64,000 bases of DNA from Candidatus Ancillula hodotermitis (GTDB lineage Bacteria > Actinomycetota > Actinomycetes > Actinomycetales > Bifidobacteriaceae), in assembly GCA_031262545.1 (NCBI GenBank), contig JAISHP010000104.1, positions 1,209 through 65,208 of the forward strand, in the 5' to 3' direction. Below are positions 8,011-18,387 of this stretch, piece by piece (position 1 is the first letter of the stretch; each line of letters begins with the position of its first letter). Under the pieces are notes generated by a model. That model did not search any database and was not told the origin of the DNA. It was given only the letters and a program-made list of their open reading frames with translations. Made by a program: the position numbers and the translations under genes.

Positions 8011-9483
8011 CTAAACTGTTGTTACTAAATCTTCAATCTCTTCTAAAGTTTTACCTTTAGTTTCAGGCAAATATATTGTGACAAAAATTACACCTAAAAT
8101 ACAGAACAAAGTAAGAATTAAATATGAATTGGCAATTCCTAAAGTTCCTAAAATTACAGGGAAAAACGCTGTTACAATAGTATTTGAGATCCAATTTGTC
8201 ATAGAACCAACTCCAACTCCAACTCCTCGAACAGAATTTGGGAAAATTTCACCAAGAACAACCCACATCGCTCCACCCCAACTAATGCCGAAAGAAATAA
8301 TATAGAGCATCATAATTGTCACTGTAGCTATGATTACAGGTGTTGATTGCATTTGATTATTCAAAGCTAAAACATCTGGACCTTGTCCAACTTCATGGAA
8401 ACACATTGTTGCCATAATCGCAATTCCGGCTGTAAATATACCCATAGCAATTCCACCAAAAATAAATAAAACTTTTCTTCCAAATTTATCAACTATAGCT
8501 ATAGCGATTAGAGTTGCAACTACATTAGCTACACCAATTGCTACAGTAGAAAGACGTGACTGAAAAGTCGTAAAACCACAAATTTCTAAGATTTTTGGTG
8601 TGTAATAAACTACAGTATTACAACCCATAAATTGTTGGAAAGCAGCAAGCCCAATTGCTGCAACCAAAGCTTTACGATACTTAGTAAATAAAAATGAAAA
8701 TTTTCCTTTTGGACCTTTGTCGGATTCTTGGATAGCCTCTAACTCTTCATCAACAAGTTTTAAAGATGATCTTAAACCAACTAAAACATCACGAGCTTCA
8801 GAAACTTTACCTTTTAGGGCAAGATAACGAGGAGACTCAGGAAGAAAAAATGTTCCAACAAATAAGAAAATTGCTGGTATAGCTGCAATGAAGAAAGAAA
8901 TTCTCCAACCATAAGAAACATTCCACTGATTAAAAATTTGAGTTGAAAGAGCAGGATCTGGATCTGGATCTGGATGTGCCTGAACCATTAAGAAATTAAT
9001 TAAATATCCAACCAAAATTCCTAAAACCATCATCAATTGATTCAAAAATGAAAGTGAACCTCTTCTTTGATATGGTGAAATCTCAGATAAATACAAAGGA
9101 ACTAAAGCGCTAGCCCCGCCAACCGCTATTCCTGAAATAATACGCGCTATTAAAATAATAACCCAACCCGAAAAAGGTCCGAATGCATTAGCAAAACCAC
9201 AAGAAAGAGAACCTATAAGAAAAATTACAGCAACAATCATAACGCATTTTTTACGCCCAATCATGTCCGACAATTTACCAAAAACTAAAGCGCCGATAAT
9301 TGCACCTACAGTTACAGCAGCAGTAACAAATCCTTCAGAAGTTGTATTTGGTTCAATTTTTAAAGCAGAATCTAAATATCCTAATGCTCCCGAAATAATA
9401 CTAGTGTCATATCCTAAAATAAGTCCACCCATCGCTCCAAACAAATAAACAAACCAACTTGGAACTACTCTACGCTGTTTCAT
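8011..9483 (-). CDS. MFS sugar porter family transporter
   Basis: 490 aa, about 12 TM helices. Signature motifs GRKK, PESPRYL, PETKGKTLEEIE. Confidence 0.85.
   Translation of the reverse strand: MKQRRVVPSWFVYLFGAMGGLILGYDTSIISGALGYLDSALKIEPNTTSEGFVTAAVTVGAIIGALVFGKLSDMIGRKKCVMIVAVIFLIGSLSCGFANAFGPFSGWVIILIARIISGIAVGGASALVPLYLSEISPYQRRGSLSFLNQLMMVLGILVGYLINFLMVQAHPDPDPDPALSTQIFNQWNVSYGWRISFFIAAIPAIFLFVGTFFLPESPRYLALKGKVSEARDVLVGLRSSLKLVDEELEAIQESDKGPKGKFSFLFTKYRKALVAAIGLAAFQQFMGCNTVVYYTPKILEICGFTTFQSRLSTVAIGVANVVATLIAIAIVDKFGRKVLFIFGGIAMGIFTAGIAIMATMCFHEVGQGPDVLALNNQMQSTPVIIATVTIMMLYIISFGISWGGAMWVVLGEIFPNSVRGVGVGVGSMTNWISNTIVTAFFPVILGTLGIANSYLILTLFCILGVIFVTIYLPETKGKTLEEIEDLVTTV
8954..8977. 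repeat. In-frame hexanucleotide microsatellite (GGATCT)x3 + GGATGT encoding the DPDPDP loop of the MFS transporter
   Basis: Read directly from the sequence. The protein shows HPDPDPDPA. Confidence 0.8.
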
Positions 9484-9558
9484 AAGAATTCAATCCTTTC
9501 ATTACTTATATATTATACTAGCAATTTAAATATTTTTTACTCAAACAAATCGTCTGAT

Positions 9559-10710
9559 TTAGAGAATATCCTGACCGAATCGTTTTGTCCAAAAATCAGC
9601 TAAAGTTATCGCTAACATTGCTTTTGCCACACATTGAGCGGGAAAAACTGCTGAAGCATCCGATCTCTGAGGATGAGCTGTTGCCACTTTACCTGTTGAC
9701 AAATCAACTGTTTGTAAACCTCCGGGAACAGAAGGTATTGGTTTAATTGCAATTCTAATGATAATTTCTTCACCATTAGAGATTCCACCTTCAATCCCTC
9801 CTGCGTGATTGGTTTTACGAAAGTAATTTTTAGAATTATTAGCCAAAATTACGTCATGAGCCTCGCTTCCAGGAATTGAAGCAATTTCAAAACCATCTCC
9901 AATCTCTACACCTTTAACTGCTTGAATTGACATCATTGCCCCTGCAATTGCACCGTCCAGACGTGAATCAGCAGAAATATATGATCCTAAACCATTTGGA
10001 ACTCCATTAGCTCGAATCTCAACTATACCTCCAACAGTTTCTTTATTTTTAACGGCTGTTTCTGCAAAATTTTCACAAGCTTCAAAAAATTCCTTTTCAT
10101 TAGAAAAATCATTTAATTTAACTGCTCCAAATTGAATGACCTTTGTATCAATTGAAAATTTATTTCCAAAATGCTTTATAATTGCTTGTTCTAAAAACTG
10201 TTGACAAATAGATCCTGCTACCACTCTAGCTGCAGTTTCTCTTGCAGAAGAACGTTCTAAAACAGGTCTTGCTGAATCAAACCCATATTTTCTAATTCCT
10301 TCTAAATCAGCATGACCAGGGCGAGGACGTTGTAATTTATCATTTTCCTGCCCTTTAGGCATATTTGGTTGAATTTGATTTATACCATTAGATATTTGAT
10401 TAGAATTCGAGTTTAATTTCGGACTTAATAGAGCAGCTGTTGACATTAATTCAGTCCATTTTTCCCATTCAGAATTATATATCTCTACTGCTATAGGAGA
10501 AGCAATTGTTTTCCCATGAATCATACCTGAAAGAATTTCAAACTTATCTGCTTCAAATTTTTGACGGGATCCTCTACCGATCCCGCCACGTCTTTTTGAT
10601 AAATCATCAGCAATTCTATCAGCAGAAATATCTACACCTGCTGGAATTCCCTCTACAAAAGAGATAAGACTTTTACCGTGACTTTCTCCGGCAGTTCTGT
10701 AATTAACCAT
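9559..10710 (-). CDS. aroC: Chorismate synthase
   Basis: 383 aa. Motifs AGESHG, RPGHAD, RSSARETAARV. Confidence 0.9.
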   Translation of the reverse strand: MVNYRTAGESHGKSLISFVEGIPAGVDISADRIADDLSKRRGGIGRGSRQKFEADKFEILSGMIHGKTIASPIAVEIYNSEWEKWTELMSTAALLSPKLNSNSNQISNGINQIQPNMPKGQENDKLQRPRPGHADLEGIRKYGFDSARPVLERSSARETAARVVAGSICQQFLEQAIIKHFGNKFSIDTKVIQFGAVKLNDFSNEKEFFEACENFAETAVKNKETVGGIVEIRANGVPNGLGSYISADSRLDGAIAGAMMSIQAVKGVEIGDGFEIASIPGSEAHDVILANNSKNYFRKTNHAGGIEGGISNGEEIIIRIAIKPIPSVPGGLQTVDLSTGKVATAHPQRSDASAVFPAQCVAKAMLAITLADFWTKRFGQDIL

Positions 10711-10717
10711 ATAAATG

Positions 10718-11122
10718 TTAATTTGCTACATAAAGAATATCAACAACAAATACTAGAGGTGCTACCGATCCAAACATTGCTGCTGTTTGTGCGCCATAGC
10801 CCAACTCTGGAGGAACAGAAATTAAAACCCTTGAACCTTCTTTTTTTCCAACAAGAGCATCACCCCAGCCTTTAATAACTTGATTTAAACCAAAACCAAT
10901 TGGTTGACGTCTTGCAAAAGAAGAATCAAAAACTTTACCATTCCAAAGTTGTCCGTGATAATTACAATAAATTTTTGAAGCTAAACTTTTAGTTTCTTTT
11001 CCTTCGCCTTCTTTTAGAACCTTAATCTCTAATCCATCAGGACCTTGAGCCTCGGTAAACTCTAAATTTTTTGGGTCATCTCCAAAACTTCCTTCAACAA
11101 TTACATTATCAAGTGCAGCCAT
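10718..11122 (-). CDS. FKBP-type peptidyl-prolyl cis-trans isomerase
   Basis: 134 aa with VIKGWGDALVGKKEGSRVLISVPPELGYG. An AAAGGAAAG Shine-Dalgarno-like sequence lies upstream. Confidence 0.85.
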   Translation of the reverse strand: MAALDNVIVEGSFGDDPKNLEFTEAQGPDGLEIKVLKEGEGKETKSLASKIYCNYHGQLWNGKVFDSSFARRQPIGFGLNQVIKGWGDALVGKKEGSRVLISVPPELGYGAQTAAMFGSVAPLVFVVDILYVAN

Positions 11123-11155
11123 TTTCTTTCCTTTCGTTTTTTATATTATACCGAA

Positions 11156-12013
11156 CTACAATCTCTCGGCAATTTCAATAAATTGTGTAATATTTAAAAC
11201 TTCTGCTCTAGCCATAGGGTCAATTTGTAAAGAATCAAGAATCTTTGTAACTTTTTCACTATCATTTCCATCGTGAACTAATAAAGATTTTAAAGTTTTT
11301 CTTCTTGCAGAAAAACCAAGATTAATTAAAGCGAACACTTTATCTCTAAACTCATTTTTTAAAATTAAATTAGTTCTTTTAAAATTTACTAATTTTGAAT
11401 CCACCCTCGGAACAGGGAAAAAGGCTGAACGAGGAATTATTCCAGCATTTTTCGCTTTACCAAACCAAGCTAATTTAACTGAAGGAATTCCATAAATTTT
11501 GGAACCAGGCTCGGCAACTAACCTTTCAGCAACCTCTGCTTGAACTAAAACTAAAAATTCTTCTAAATTTTCAAATCTTTCTAAAAGAGTAATTATTATT
11601 GGTGTTGCAACATTATATGGCAAATTTGCCACTAATTTAATTGGTTTAGTCATATCAAAATATTGCGCTAAATCCGATTTGAGTAAAGTTAAAGCATCTT
11701 TAGTTAAAATATTTAATCTACTATTATCAACTCCCATATTTTGAATTGTTTGAGGTAATAAATTAGCTAATTTTTTATCAATTTCAACAGCTAAAACTTT
11801 AGCACCAGTTTCTAATAATCCTATAGTTAAAGACCCTAAGCCAGGTCCAATTTCTAAAATTTGATCATCTGTTTTAACATTAGCAATTTTTACAATTTTT
11901 TGAATCTGCCCAGAATCAACCATAAAATTCTGTCCAAATTTTTTTACAGGATGAATTTCGTTATTTTCACAAATTTCTCTAATAATTTTTGGTGTTAAAT
12001 ATTGGACACTCAT
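11156..12013 (-). CDS. rsmA: 16S rRNA (adenine1518/1519-N6)-dimethyltransferase
   Basis: 285 aa. Motifs FGQNFMVD, EIGPGLGSLT, NLPYNVATP. Confidence 0.9.
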   Translation of the reverse strand: MSVQYLTPKIIREICENNEIHPVKKFGQNFMVDSGQIQKIVKIANVKTDDQILEIGPGLGSLTIGLLETGAKVLAVEIDKKLANLLPQTIQNMGVDNSRLNILTKDALTLLKSDLAQYFDMTKPIKLVANLPYNVATPIIITLLERFENLEEFLVLVQAEVAERLVAEPGSKIYGIPSVKLAWFGKAKNAGIIPRSAFFPVPRVDSKLVNFKRTNLILKNEFRDKVFALINLGFSARRKTLKSLLVHDGNDSEKVTKILDSLQIDPMARAEVLNITQFIEIAERL

Positions 12014-12017
12014 TAAG

Positions 12018-13457
12018 TTATCCTACTGAACCTTCCATTTGCAATTGAACTAGACGATTTAATTCCAAGGCATATTCCATAGGTAGTTCTTTTGCAATCG
12101 GCTCTATAAAGCCTCGAACGATCATAGCCATAGCTTCTTGCTCGGCAATTCCTCGAGATTGCAAATAGAATAATTGATCTTCTGAAATTTTAGAAACAGT
12201 CGCTTCGTGGCCTTGAACAACATCATCTTCTTTGATGATATTTTTAGGGTAAGTATCTGATCTAGAATCATTATCAACCAAAAGTGCATCACAAACAACA
12301 TTTGAACTTGAATTTTCAGCTCCAGGTTCAATATCGATTAATCCTCTATAACTTGCCCTACCGCCTCTTCTGGAAACCGATTTAGAAACAATTGAAGAAT
12401 GTGTATCTGGTGCTAAATGTATCATTTTTGCACCAGTATCTTGCTGTTGAATTCCAGCTGCTAGCGCAATTGAAAGAACTTCACCTCTTGCTCCAGCCCC
12501 TTTTAAAACGCAAGCAGGATATTTCATGGTGGCTTTTGAACCAATATTAGCGTCAACCCACTCCATCGATCCACCTTCTTCAACAGTAGCTCTTTGTGTT
12601 ACAAGATTATAAACATTATTTGACCAATTCTGAATTGTCGAATAACGAACTGAAGCATTTTTTTTCACGACAATTTCCACAACTCCGCTATGTAAAGAAT
12701 CTTCAGAATATATTGGAGCTGTACAACCTTCAATATAGTGAACCTTGGCTCCTTCATCAGCTATTATCAAAGTTCTTTCAAATTGCCCTAGATTTTTTGT
12801 ATTAATTCTAAAATACGCCTGCAAAGGAATTGCAACTTCAACCCCTTTTGGAACATAAACAAAACTTCCTCCAGACCAAACTGCTAAATTCAACATAGCA
12901 AATTTATTATCATCATCAGGAACAACAGAACCAAAATATTCTTGAAATAGATCAGGATATTGTTTTTCTGCTGATTCAGTATCTAGGAAGACAACTCCTT
13001 GTTTAGCTAAATCTTCACGAATATGATTATATATCATTTCACTTTCGTATTGTGCAGCAACTCCAGCGACTAAACGCTTTTTTTCAGCATCAGGAATTCC
13101 TAATTTGTCATAAGTATTACGAATATTTTCTGGTAAACTATTCCAATCTTCAGATGGTTTCTCGCGTTTCCCTTTGTCCAAAATGGGAGGAACATAATAT
13201 TTAAATTCTTCAAAATTAAAATTAGATAAATCAACTCCCCAATTCGGCATAGGTTTTTTAAGAAACAACTCTAAACCTTTTAATCTTCGTTTTAGCATCC
13301 ACTCAGGTTCATTTTTTGATGCCGAAATAGCACGAACAATCTCTTCAGAAAGTCCTTTTTGAACATCTTTGCCTGCTACATCTTCATCTGCCCATCCATA
13401 TTGATACTCATCTAAAGATTCAATAATTTCTTGATCGGACATTTTACTCTCAGACAT
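12018..13457 (-). CDS. sufB: Fe-S cluster assembly protein SufB
   Basis: 479 aa with typical SufB length and C-terminal beta-helix sequence ([22 protein letters not shown]). TATAAT at 13464-13469 lies 6 nt upstream of the ATG. Confidence 0.85.
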   Translation of the reverse strand: MSESKMSDQEIIESLDEYQYGWADEDVAGKDVQKGLSEEIVRAISASKNEPEWMLKRRLKGLELFLKKPMPNWGVDLSNFNFEEFKYYVPPILDKGKREKPSEDWNSLPENIRNTYDKLGIPDAEKKRLVAGVAAQYESEMIYNHIREDLAKQGVVFLDTESAEKQYPDLFQEYFGSVVPDDDNKFAMLNLAVWSGGSFVYVPKGVEVAIPLQAYFRINTKNLGQFERTLIIADEGAKVHYIEGCTAPIYSEDSLHSGVVEIVVKKNASVRYSTIQNWSNNVYNLVTQRATVEEGGSMEWVDANIGSKATMKYPACVLKGAGARGEVLSIALAAGIQQQDTGAKMIHLAPDTHSSIVSKSVSRRGGRASYRGLIDIEPGAENSSSNVVCDALLVDNDSRSDTYPKNIIKEDDVVQGHEATVSKISEDQLFYLQSRGIAEQEAMAMIVRGFIEPIAKELPMEYALELNRLVQLQMEGSVG

Positions 13458-13534
13458 ACTAATATTATACCGTTTAAATTGGACATTTTTGCTCAGTATT
13501 TAAATTTTTAATATGATTAACTTATAATATTTAT

Positions 13535-14995
13535 ATGAAAAAACAAACTTCAGCTTATATTCAGTTTTCTGATGTCTTTAAAATTGGTGTTGGTCCTTCT
13601 TCTTCCCATACTATCGGACCGATGCGTGCTGCTAACCATTTTGTTAAAAGTCTTCAAGAAAACGAGATTTTGGAGAAAGTATTTTTTGTCAATTGTAATC
13701 TTTGGGGATCTCTTGCCGCAACAGGAATTGGACACAAAACTCCAGACGCTATTATTGCTGGTTTACAAGGATTTACTCCTTCAAATTTTAAACCTAAGAA
13801 ATTATTCATTTCTTGGGGTGAAATCATAAACAAAAAAAATCAAATCCTTCCTTTAAATAACTCTCAAGAGGTCAATTTTACTCCTCAAAATATGATTTTT
13901 TCACCAAATCAACACAACTCTATTCATCCAAATTACTTCTATCTTCAAGCTTTTAATCAAGAAAAACATGAAATCTTTAGAATTGACTATTTGTCAATTG
14001 GTGGTGGAAACATCTCATTTAAAACTTTGAACGACAAAGAATTTCAATTTTTACCAAATCCTGGATATCAATATCAACCTCAAGAAAATAGAACAGATTT
14101 TATAAATACTAAAGAACTTTTTTTAAAAGCAAAGAAATATAATTTATCACTTGATGAAATTGCTATAGAACAAGAAATTGCCCATTCAAAAGAAGAGATT
14201 ACCAAAGAAGATGTTTACCTTCAAGTTGACAAAGTTTGGAAAGCTATGGAAAGTTCAATTCGCAATGGTCTAGAAGTCAAAAACAAAGATGATCTATCTC
14301 CTGTAATTCAAAAAGAATTAGGAATTAAAAAACGAGCTCCTAAAATGTATCAAACTTATCTTGAAAGAAGGAGGCAAGGTAAAAGTGCCACAATTGAAAC
14401 GCTCTCTTGCTATGCTTTAGCTGTTAACGAACAAAACGCGATTGGAGGTAGGATCGTAACAGCACCAACTACTGGTTCTGCTGGTGTAATTCCTGCCGTT
14501 CTTCAAGAATATATAGACCGTGATGATCTAGATCCAACAACCGGACATTTTGAACAAAGAGATAAAATTCGCAAGTTCCTATTAACCGCTAGTGTTATTG
14601 GTTCAATTATAAAATACAACGGATCTGTTTCTGGAGCTGAATGTGGATGTCAAGCCGAAGTTGGGTCTGCTTGTGCAATGGCAGCAGCAGGCTCGGTTGC
14701 AGTTTGTGGAGGAAGCCTAGAACAAATTGAAGCTGCTGCAGAATCGGCACTAGAATATCATTTAGGTTTAACTTGTGACCCAGTTAAAGGTTTAGTTTTT
14801 GTCCCCTGTATTGAAAGAAACGCAATGGCAGCAAATACTGCTGTAACAGCTGCTAGGCTAGCTTTAGCTGGAGATGGACATCATGTTGTTAGCCTTGATA
14901 CAGTAATTGAAACAATGCGACAAACTGGAGTTGATATGAATGAAGCTTATCGTGAAACAGCCAAAGCAGGATTAGCAACTCACGTTAGTTGTTAA
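13535..14995 (+). CDS. sdaA: L-serine ammonia-lyase (iron-sulfur type, single chain)
   Basis: 486 aa. Motifs GVGPSSSHTIGPMRAA, TGSAGVIPAVL, CGCQAEVGSA. TATAAT at 13523-13528 lies 6 nt upstream of the ATG. Confidence 0.85.
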   Translation: MKKQTSAYIQFSDVFKIGVGPSSSHTIGPMRAANHFVKSLQENEILEKVFFVNCNLWGSLAATGIGHKTPDAIIAGLQGFTPSNFKPKKLFISWGEIINKKNQILPLNNSQEVNFTPQNMIFSPNQHNSIHPNYFYLQAFNQEKHEIFRIDYLSIGGGNISFKTLNDKEFQFLPNPGYQYQPQENRTDFINTKELFLKAKKYNLSLDEIAIEQEIAHSKEEITKEDVYLQVDKVWKAMESSIRNGLEVKNKDDLSPVIQKELGIKKRAPKMYQTYLERRRQGKSATIETLSCYALAVNEQNAIGGRIVTAPTTGSAGVIPAVLQEYIDRDDLDPTTGHFEQRDKIRKFLLTASVIGSIIKYNGSVSGAECGCQAEVGSACAMAAAGSVAVCGGSLEQIEAAAESALEYHLGLTCDPVKGLVFVPCIERNAMAANTAVTAARLALAGDGHHVVSLDTVIETMRQTGVDMNEAYRETAKAGLATHVSC

Positions 14996-14999
14996 AATA

Positions 15000-15506
15000 T
15001 TAAATATTTTTACTTAAAATTTTTTTTAGTTCTTGCTTTGCTCGATTTAACCTTGACATAACTGTCCCTATCGGTAAATCTAAAACTTTTGCTATTTCTT
15101 TATATTTTAATCCTTTAAAATAATAGCAATAAATAATTTTTTGTTTATCTTCTGACAAATTAGCTAAAGCTGCTTTAACTTTTTCTTCTTCTTCACTAAT
15201 AATTACACGATCTTCAGCTGAATTTTCACTTTCTGCAACTTGCCCTAGATAATAATCGTTTGAAGTTCTTTGAGGAAAAGTTTTTGATTTTCTAAAATGA
15301 TCAATATAGGTTCTAAAAATAATTGTTCTAACCCAAGCTTCAAAATTTGTCCCAGCTTTAAATTCACCAAAATGCTTTTCTGCTTTATTCATTGATTCTA
15401 AAAATACATCTTCTCCATCAACTTCTGATGTTTTAGCTAAATTTAATGAATAATTCTCCAAAGAATCCTTATATTCTTCAAAGCATTCTTCAAAATTTAA
15501 CTTCAT
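15000..15506 (-). CDS. ECF-type sigma-70 family RNA polymerase sigma factor
   Basis: Region 2 is FEAWVRTIIFRTYIDHFRK. Region 4 HTH is YKEIAKVLDLPIGTVMSRLNRAK. I moved the start to MKLNF (15506) because TATAAT at 15513-15518 lies 6 nt upstream of it. The ORF-track start at 15539 would put the promoter inside the gene. Confidence 0.75.
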   Translation of the reverse strand: MKLNFEECFEEYKDSLENYSLNLAKTSEVDGEDVFLESMNKAEKHFGEFKAGTNFEAWVRTIIFRTYIDHFRKSKTFPQRTSNDYYLGQVAESENSAEDRVIISEEEEKVKAALANLSEDKQKIIYCYYFKGLKYKEIAKVLDLPIGTVMSRLNRAKQELKKILSKNI

Positions 15507-15512
15507 ATCAAT

Positions 15513-15531
15513 ATTATAAAACATATATAAT
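15513..15531. promoter_or_regulatory. Back-to-back divergent -10 boxes for the sigma factor (15513-15518, minus) and trxB (15526-15531, plus)
   Basis: Both are exact TATAAT hexamers, each 6 nt from its ATG. The two hexamers are separated by only 7 bp. Confidence 0.55.
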
Positions 15532-15537
15532 ATAAAC

Positions 15538-16497
15538 ATGGATACAAAAGATGTTGATGTGTTAATTATTGGTGCTGGGCCTGCTGGAAAAACTGCTGCA
15601 ATTTATACAGCTCGAGCTGACTTAAAAACCGTTGTTTTAACAGGTTTAACTAACCCTGGTGGAGCATTAATGAACACTACTGACATAGAAAATTTTCCTG
15701 GTTTTGAAAAAGGTATTGGCGGTATTAAGCTAATGGACATTATGCAAAAACAAGCTGAACGCTTTGGTGCAACTTTTGAATTAGACGAAGCTGAAACTTT
15801 TCAAATCCAAACGGCTGATAAGTCAAATTCCAATAGAAAAGTTATCACTACGACAATGGGAGAAACTTACTTAGCGAAAGTGTTAATTGTCGCTACAGGT
15901 TCTCTTTATCGTAAACTAAATATTCCTGGTGAAAAGGAATTAGCTGGACACGGTGTTAGCTATTGTGCAACTTGTGATGGCGCTTTCTTTAAAGATCAAG
16001 ATGTAATTGTTGTTGGAGGCGGAGATACAGCCTTAGAAGAAGCTCTTTATCTTAGTAATTTATGCAAAACAGTAACCATAATTCACCGTAGGGATGTTTT
16101 TCGTGCTACCAAAATTTTAGTTGAACGCGCTGAGGCTATTAATAATATTTATTTCAAAATGAATTCAACTTGCGAAGAAATCTTACCTCTACCTGACAAT
16201 TCTCACAAAGTAGGTTCTGCAAAAATTTTGAACAAGAATACAAACCAGATTGAAGATATATCTGTAACAGGTGTTTTCGTCGCAATTGGCGCAGACCCAA
16301 CAACTCAAAAATTGAAAGATATCTTGGATTTAGATTTACAAGGATACATTAAAACAGATGGAAAATCTTCTAAAACAGGAATTCCTGGTGTTTTTGCGGC
16401 TGGAGATTGTATTGATCCCGATTACCGGCAAGCTGTAGTTGCCGCTGGGTCAGGAGCTAAAGCAGGGATTGATACTGTTAATTTCTTAACAGCTTAA
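15538..16497 (+). CDS. trxB: Thioredoxin-disulfide reductase
   Basis: 319 aa. Motifs IIGAGPAG, redox-active CATCDG, GGGDTALEEA. Confidence 0.9.
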   Translation: MDTKDVDVLIIGAGPAGKTAAIYTARADLKTVVLTGLTNPGGALMNTTDIENFPGFEKGIGGIKLMDIMQKQAERFGATFELDEAETFQIQTADKSNSNRKVITTTMGETYLAKVLIVATGSLYRKLNIPGEKELAGHGVSYCATCDGAFFKDQDVIVVGGGDTALEEALYLSNLCKTVTIIHRRDVFRATKILVERAEAINNIYFKMNSTCEEILPLPDNSHKVGSAKILNKNTNQIEDISVTGVFVAIGADPTTQKLKDILDLDLQGYIKTDGKSSKTGIPGVFAAGDCIDPDYRQAVVAAGSGAKAGIDTVNFLTA

Positions 16498-16569
16498 TTC
16501 CTTTTGTTCACCCCGTTCATCTTATGATTAGAAATAACTTATTCAAATCAAAACAAATGTTATAATAAA

Positions 16570-18387
16570 ATGGTGAAGAGTCATATTAAATTTTTAGACA
16601 CTCTTAGAGTTCTTGGTTTAGTTTTTGTTCTTCTTTATCACTTTTTTCGAACTTCTCAATCTGAAATATTTGGTTTTCAACTCTTTCAAGGCGGTTTTGT
16701 TGGTGTTGATATTTTTTTTCTCCTCTCTGGATTTTTAATTACTATCAATTTACTAAATCAATCTATTAAGCAAAAATTCTCCGATATGTTTCTACAAACT
16801 TTTTCTTTTTTGAAAAAACGTTTTTTTAGAATTTATCCTTCTCTAATTGCAATGCTCTTGATTATTTTACCTTTTGTTTTATTGATTTCTCCTGATTTTA
16901 GAATTAATTTTGCCAAAGAAGTTGCTGCGATACTTGGGAGTTGTTTCAATTTTTATCAGATATATATCGGACAATCTTATGATCATCAAAGTTTACCCGA
17001 TTTGTTTACTCATCTTTGGACACTGTCTTTAGAGTTCCAATTTTATATTTTTTGGGCATTAGTTTTTCTTCTCTTTAATTTTCTTTTTCATTTTTTTAGC
17101 TCAAGAATCAAAACAGGTCAAAAACGAAGATTATTTTCAAATTCAGTTTTTAGAATCAGATCTTTAATAATAGGATTTTTTTCTTTTATCTTTCTTGTTA
17201 CTTCCTCTATAATTATGTTTCACACCTTTTCTTTAAATCAAGCTTATTTTTCAAGTTTGTCTCATAGTTACCCACTTTTTTTCGGAAGTTTTATTGCTTG
17301 TGTATATAATCTTAATTTACTACAACCAATAAATATTGCAAAAGTTTCTGATAAAGTTAATCGGTTAATTCTTGGGTTTTTTGGTGTTTTACCTTTTTTG
17401 CTCTTGTTGATTTTCCTTTTTCTTTTAAAATTTGATTCAATTTTCACCTTTAAAGGCGGTCTTTTACTTTCTACTACAGCCGGAAGTTTATTGCTTGTTT
17501 TTTCATTACTTTATCAAAACATTAAATTTGATGACTCTAAAATCATTAAATATTTTAGTTCTCGTTCATATTTAATTTATTTATTTCACTACCCACTTTT
17601 AATTATTTTTTCAAACTGTACTCAATTTAACTATTTCTTTGCTTGTTTAGTAACCCTTGTTTTGTCTTTATTTTTTTCAGAAATCCTTTATCGCTTATTT
17701 CATTTAAAAACTAACCCAGTTTTAAATTTTGCTATAATTATTATTTCATTTGCTCTAGTAATTAAATCCATCTCTATTTTTACTACTGCTCCTTCAAGAA
17801 CATCACTAGATCGAAATTTATCTCTCCAACAGGTTGAATTATCAGCTAATCAATTTAATCAATATACTAATTCACTAAATTCTAATAAAAATATTCTATT
17901 AATCGGTGATTCTGTTTCATTAGCGGCTTCTAGTGAGCTACAAAAACAAATTCCAAATTTATCAATTAACGCTGACATCGGAAGACAATTTTCAACTGGT
18001 GTTAATCTTTTATCTGATATGGCAAGAGCTAAAACTCTCCCAAACATAATTATCTTCGAACTTGGAACTAACGGAACAATATCACCAAAAGACATGAATC
18101 AACTTATTCATTTAACTCAAGATCGTATTTTAATCCTAGTTAATGTTTTTGCCGATAGATCTTGGACTTCTGCTGATAATGATATTATTAAAAATACTGT
18201 AAATAATAACGATAATATCTTATTAGTTGACTGGTCTTCAGCAATAGCCAACCATGTTGATCTTTTAGCTTCCGACAAAATTCACCCCATTACTCTCCAA
18301 GCTAGGGAAATATACACTAAACTTATCCATAATGCTATTAATATAGCCAAAACCAAAAGTAATAAACTTTTATTGGAGAAAAAATGA
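16570..18387 (+). CDS. Acyltransferase-3 family membrane protein with C-terminal SGNH domain (OafA/YrhL-like O-acyltransferase)
   Basis: 605 aa. The N-terminal region has about 10 TM helices and the C-terminal part has LLIGDSV (GDS) and a DxxH-like end. The leaderless spacing would favour GTG at 16573 as the start. Confidence 0.7.
   Translation: MVKSHIKFLDTLRVLGLVFVLLYHFFRTSQSEIFGFQLFQGGFVGVDIFFLLSGFLITINLLNQSIKQKFSDMFLQTFSFLKKRFFRIYPSLIAMLLIILPFVLLISPDFRINFAKEVAAILGSCFNFYQIYIGQSYDHQSLPDLFTHLWTLSLEFQFYIFWALVFLLFNFLFHFFSSRIKTGQKRRLFSNSVFRIRSLIIGFFSFIFLVTSSIIMFHTFSLNQAYFSSLSHSYPLFFGSFIACVYNLNLLQPINIAKVSDKVNRLILGFFGVLPFLLLLIFLFLLKFDSIFTFKGGLLLSTTAGSLLLVFSLLYQNIKFDDSKIIKYFSSRSYLIYLFHYPLLIIFSNCTQFNYFFACLVTLVLSLFFSEILYRLFHLKTNPVLNFAIIIISFALVIKSISIFTTAPSRTSLDRNLSLQQVELSANQFNQYTNSLNSNKNILLIGDSVSLAASSELQKQIPNLSINADIGRQFSTGVNLLSDMARAKTLPNIIIFELGTNGTISPKDMNQLIHLTQDRILILVNVFADRSWTSADNDIIKNTVNNNDNILLVDWSSAIANHVDLLASDKIHPITLQAREIYTKLIHNAINIAKTKSNKLLLEKK

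Noticed and set aside
8954-8977. The hexanucleotide repeat in the MFS gene as a phase-variation switch.
   Set aside because: The repeat unit is 6 nt, so copy-number changes stay in frame and only alter the length of the DP loop. There are just three exact units.
15507-15539. N-terminal extensions given by the longest-ORF starts: the sigma factor here, plus 39871-39885 and 54215-54223.
   Set aside because: Each extension contains the gene's own TATAAT box at the genome-typical 6-7 nt from an internal ATG. The extensions translate to AT-codon runs such as MFILYMFYNID.
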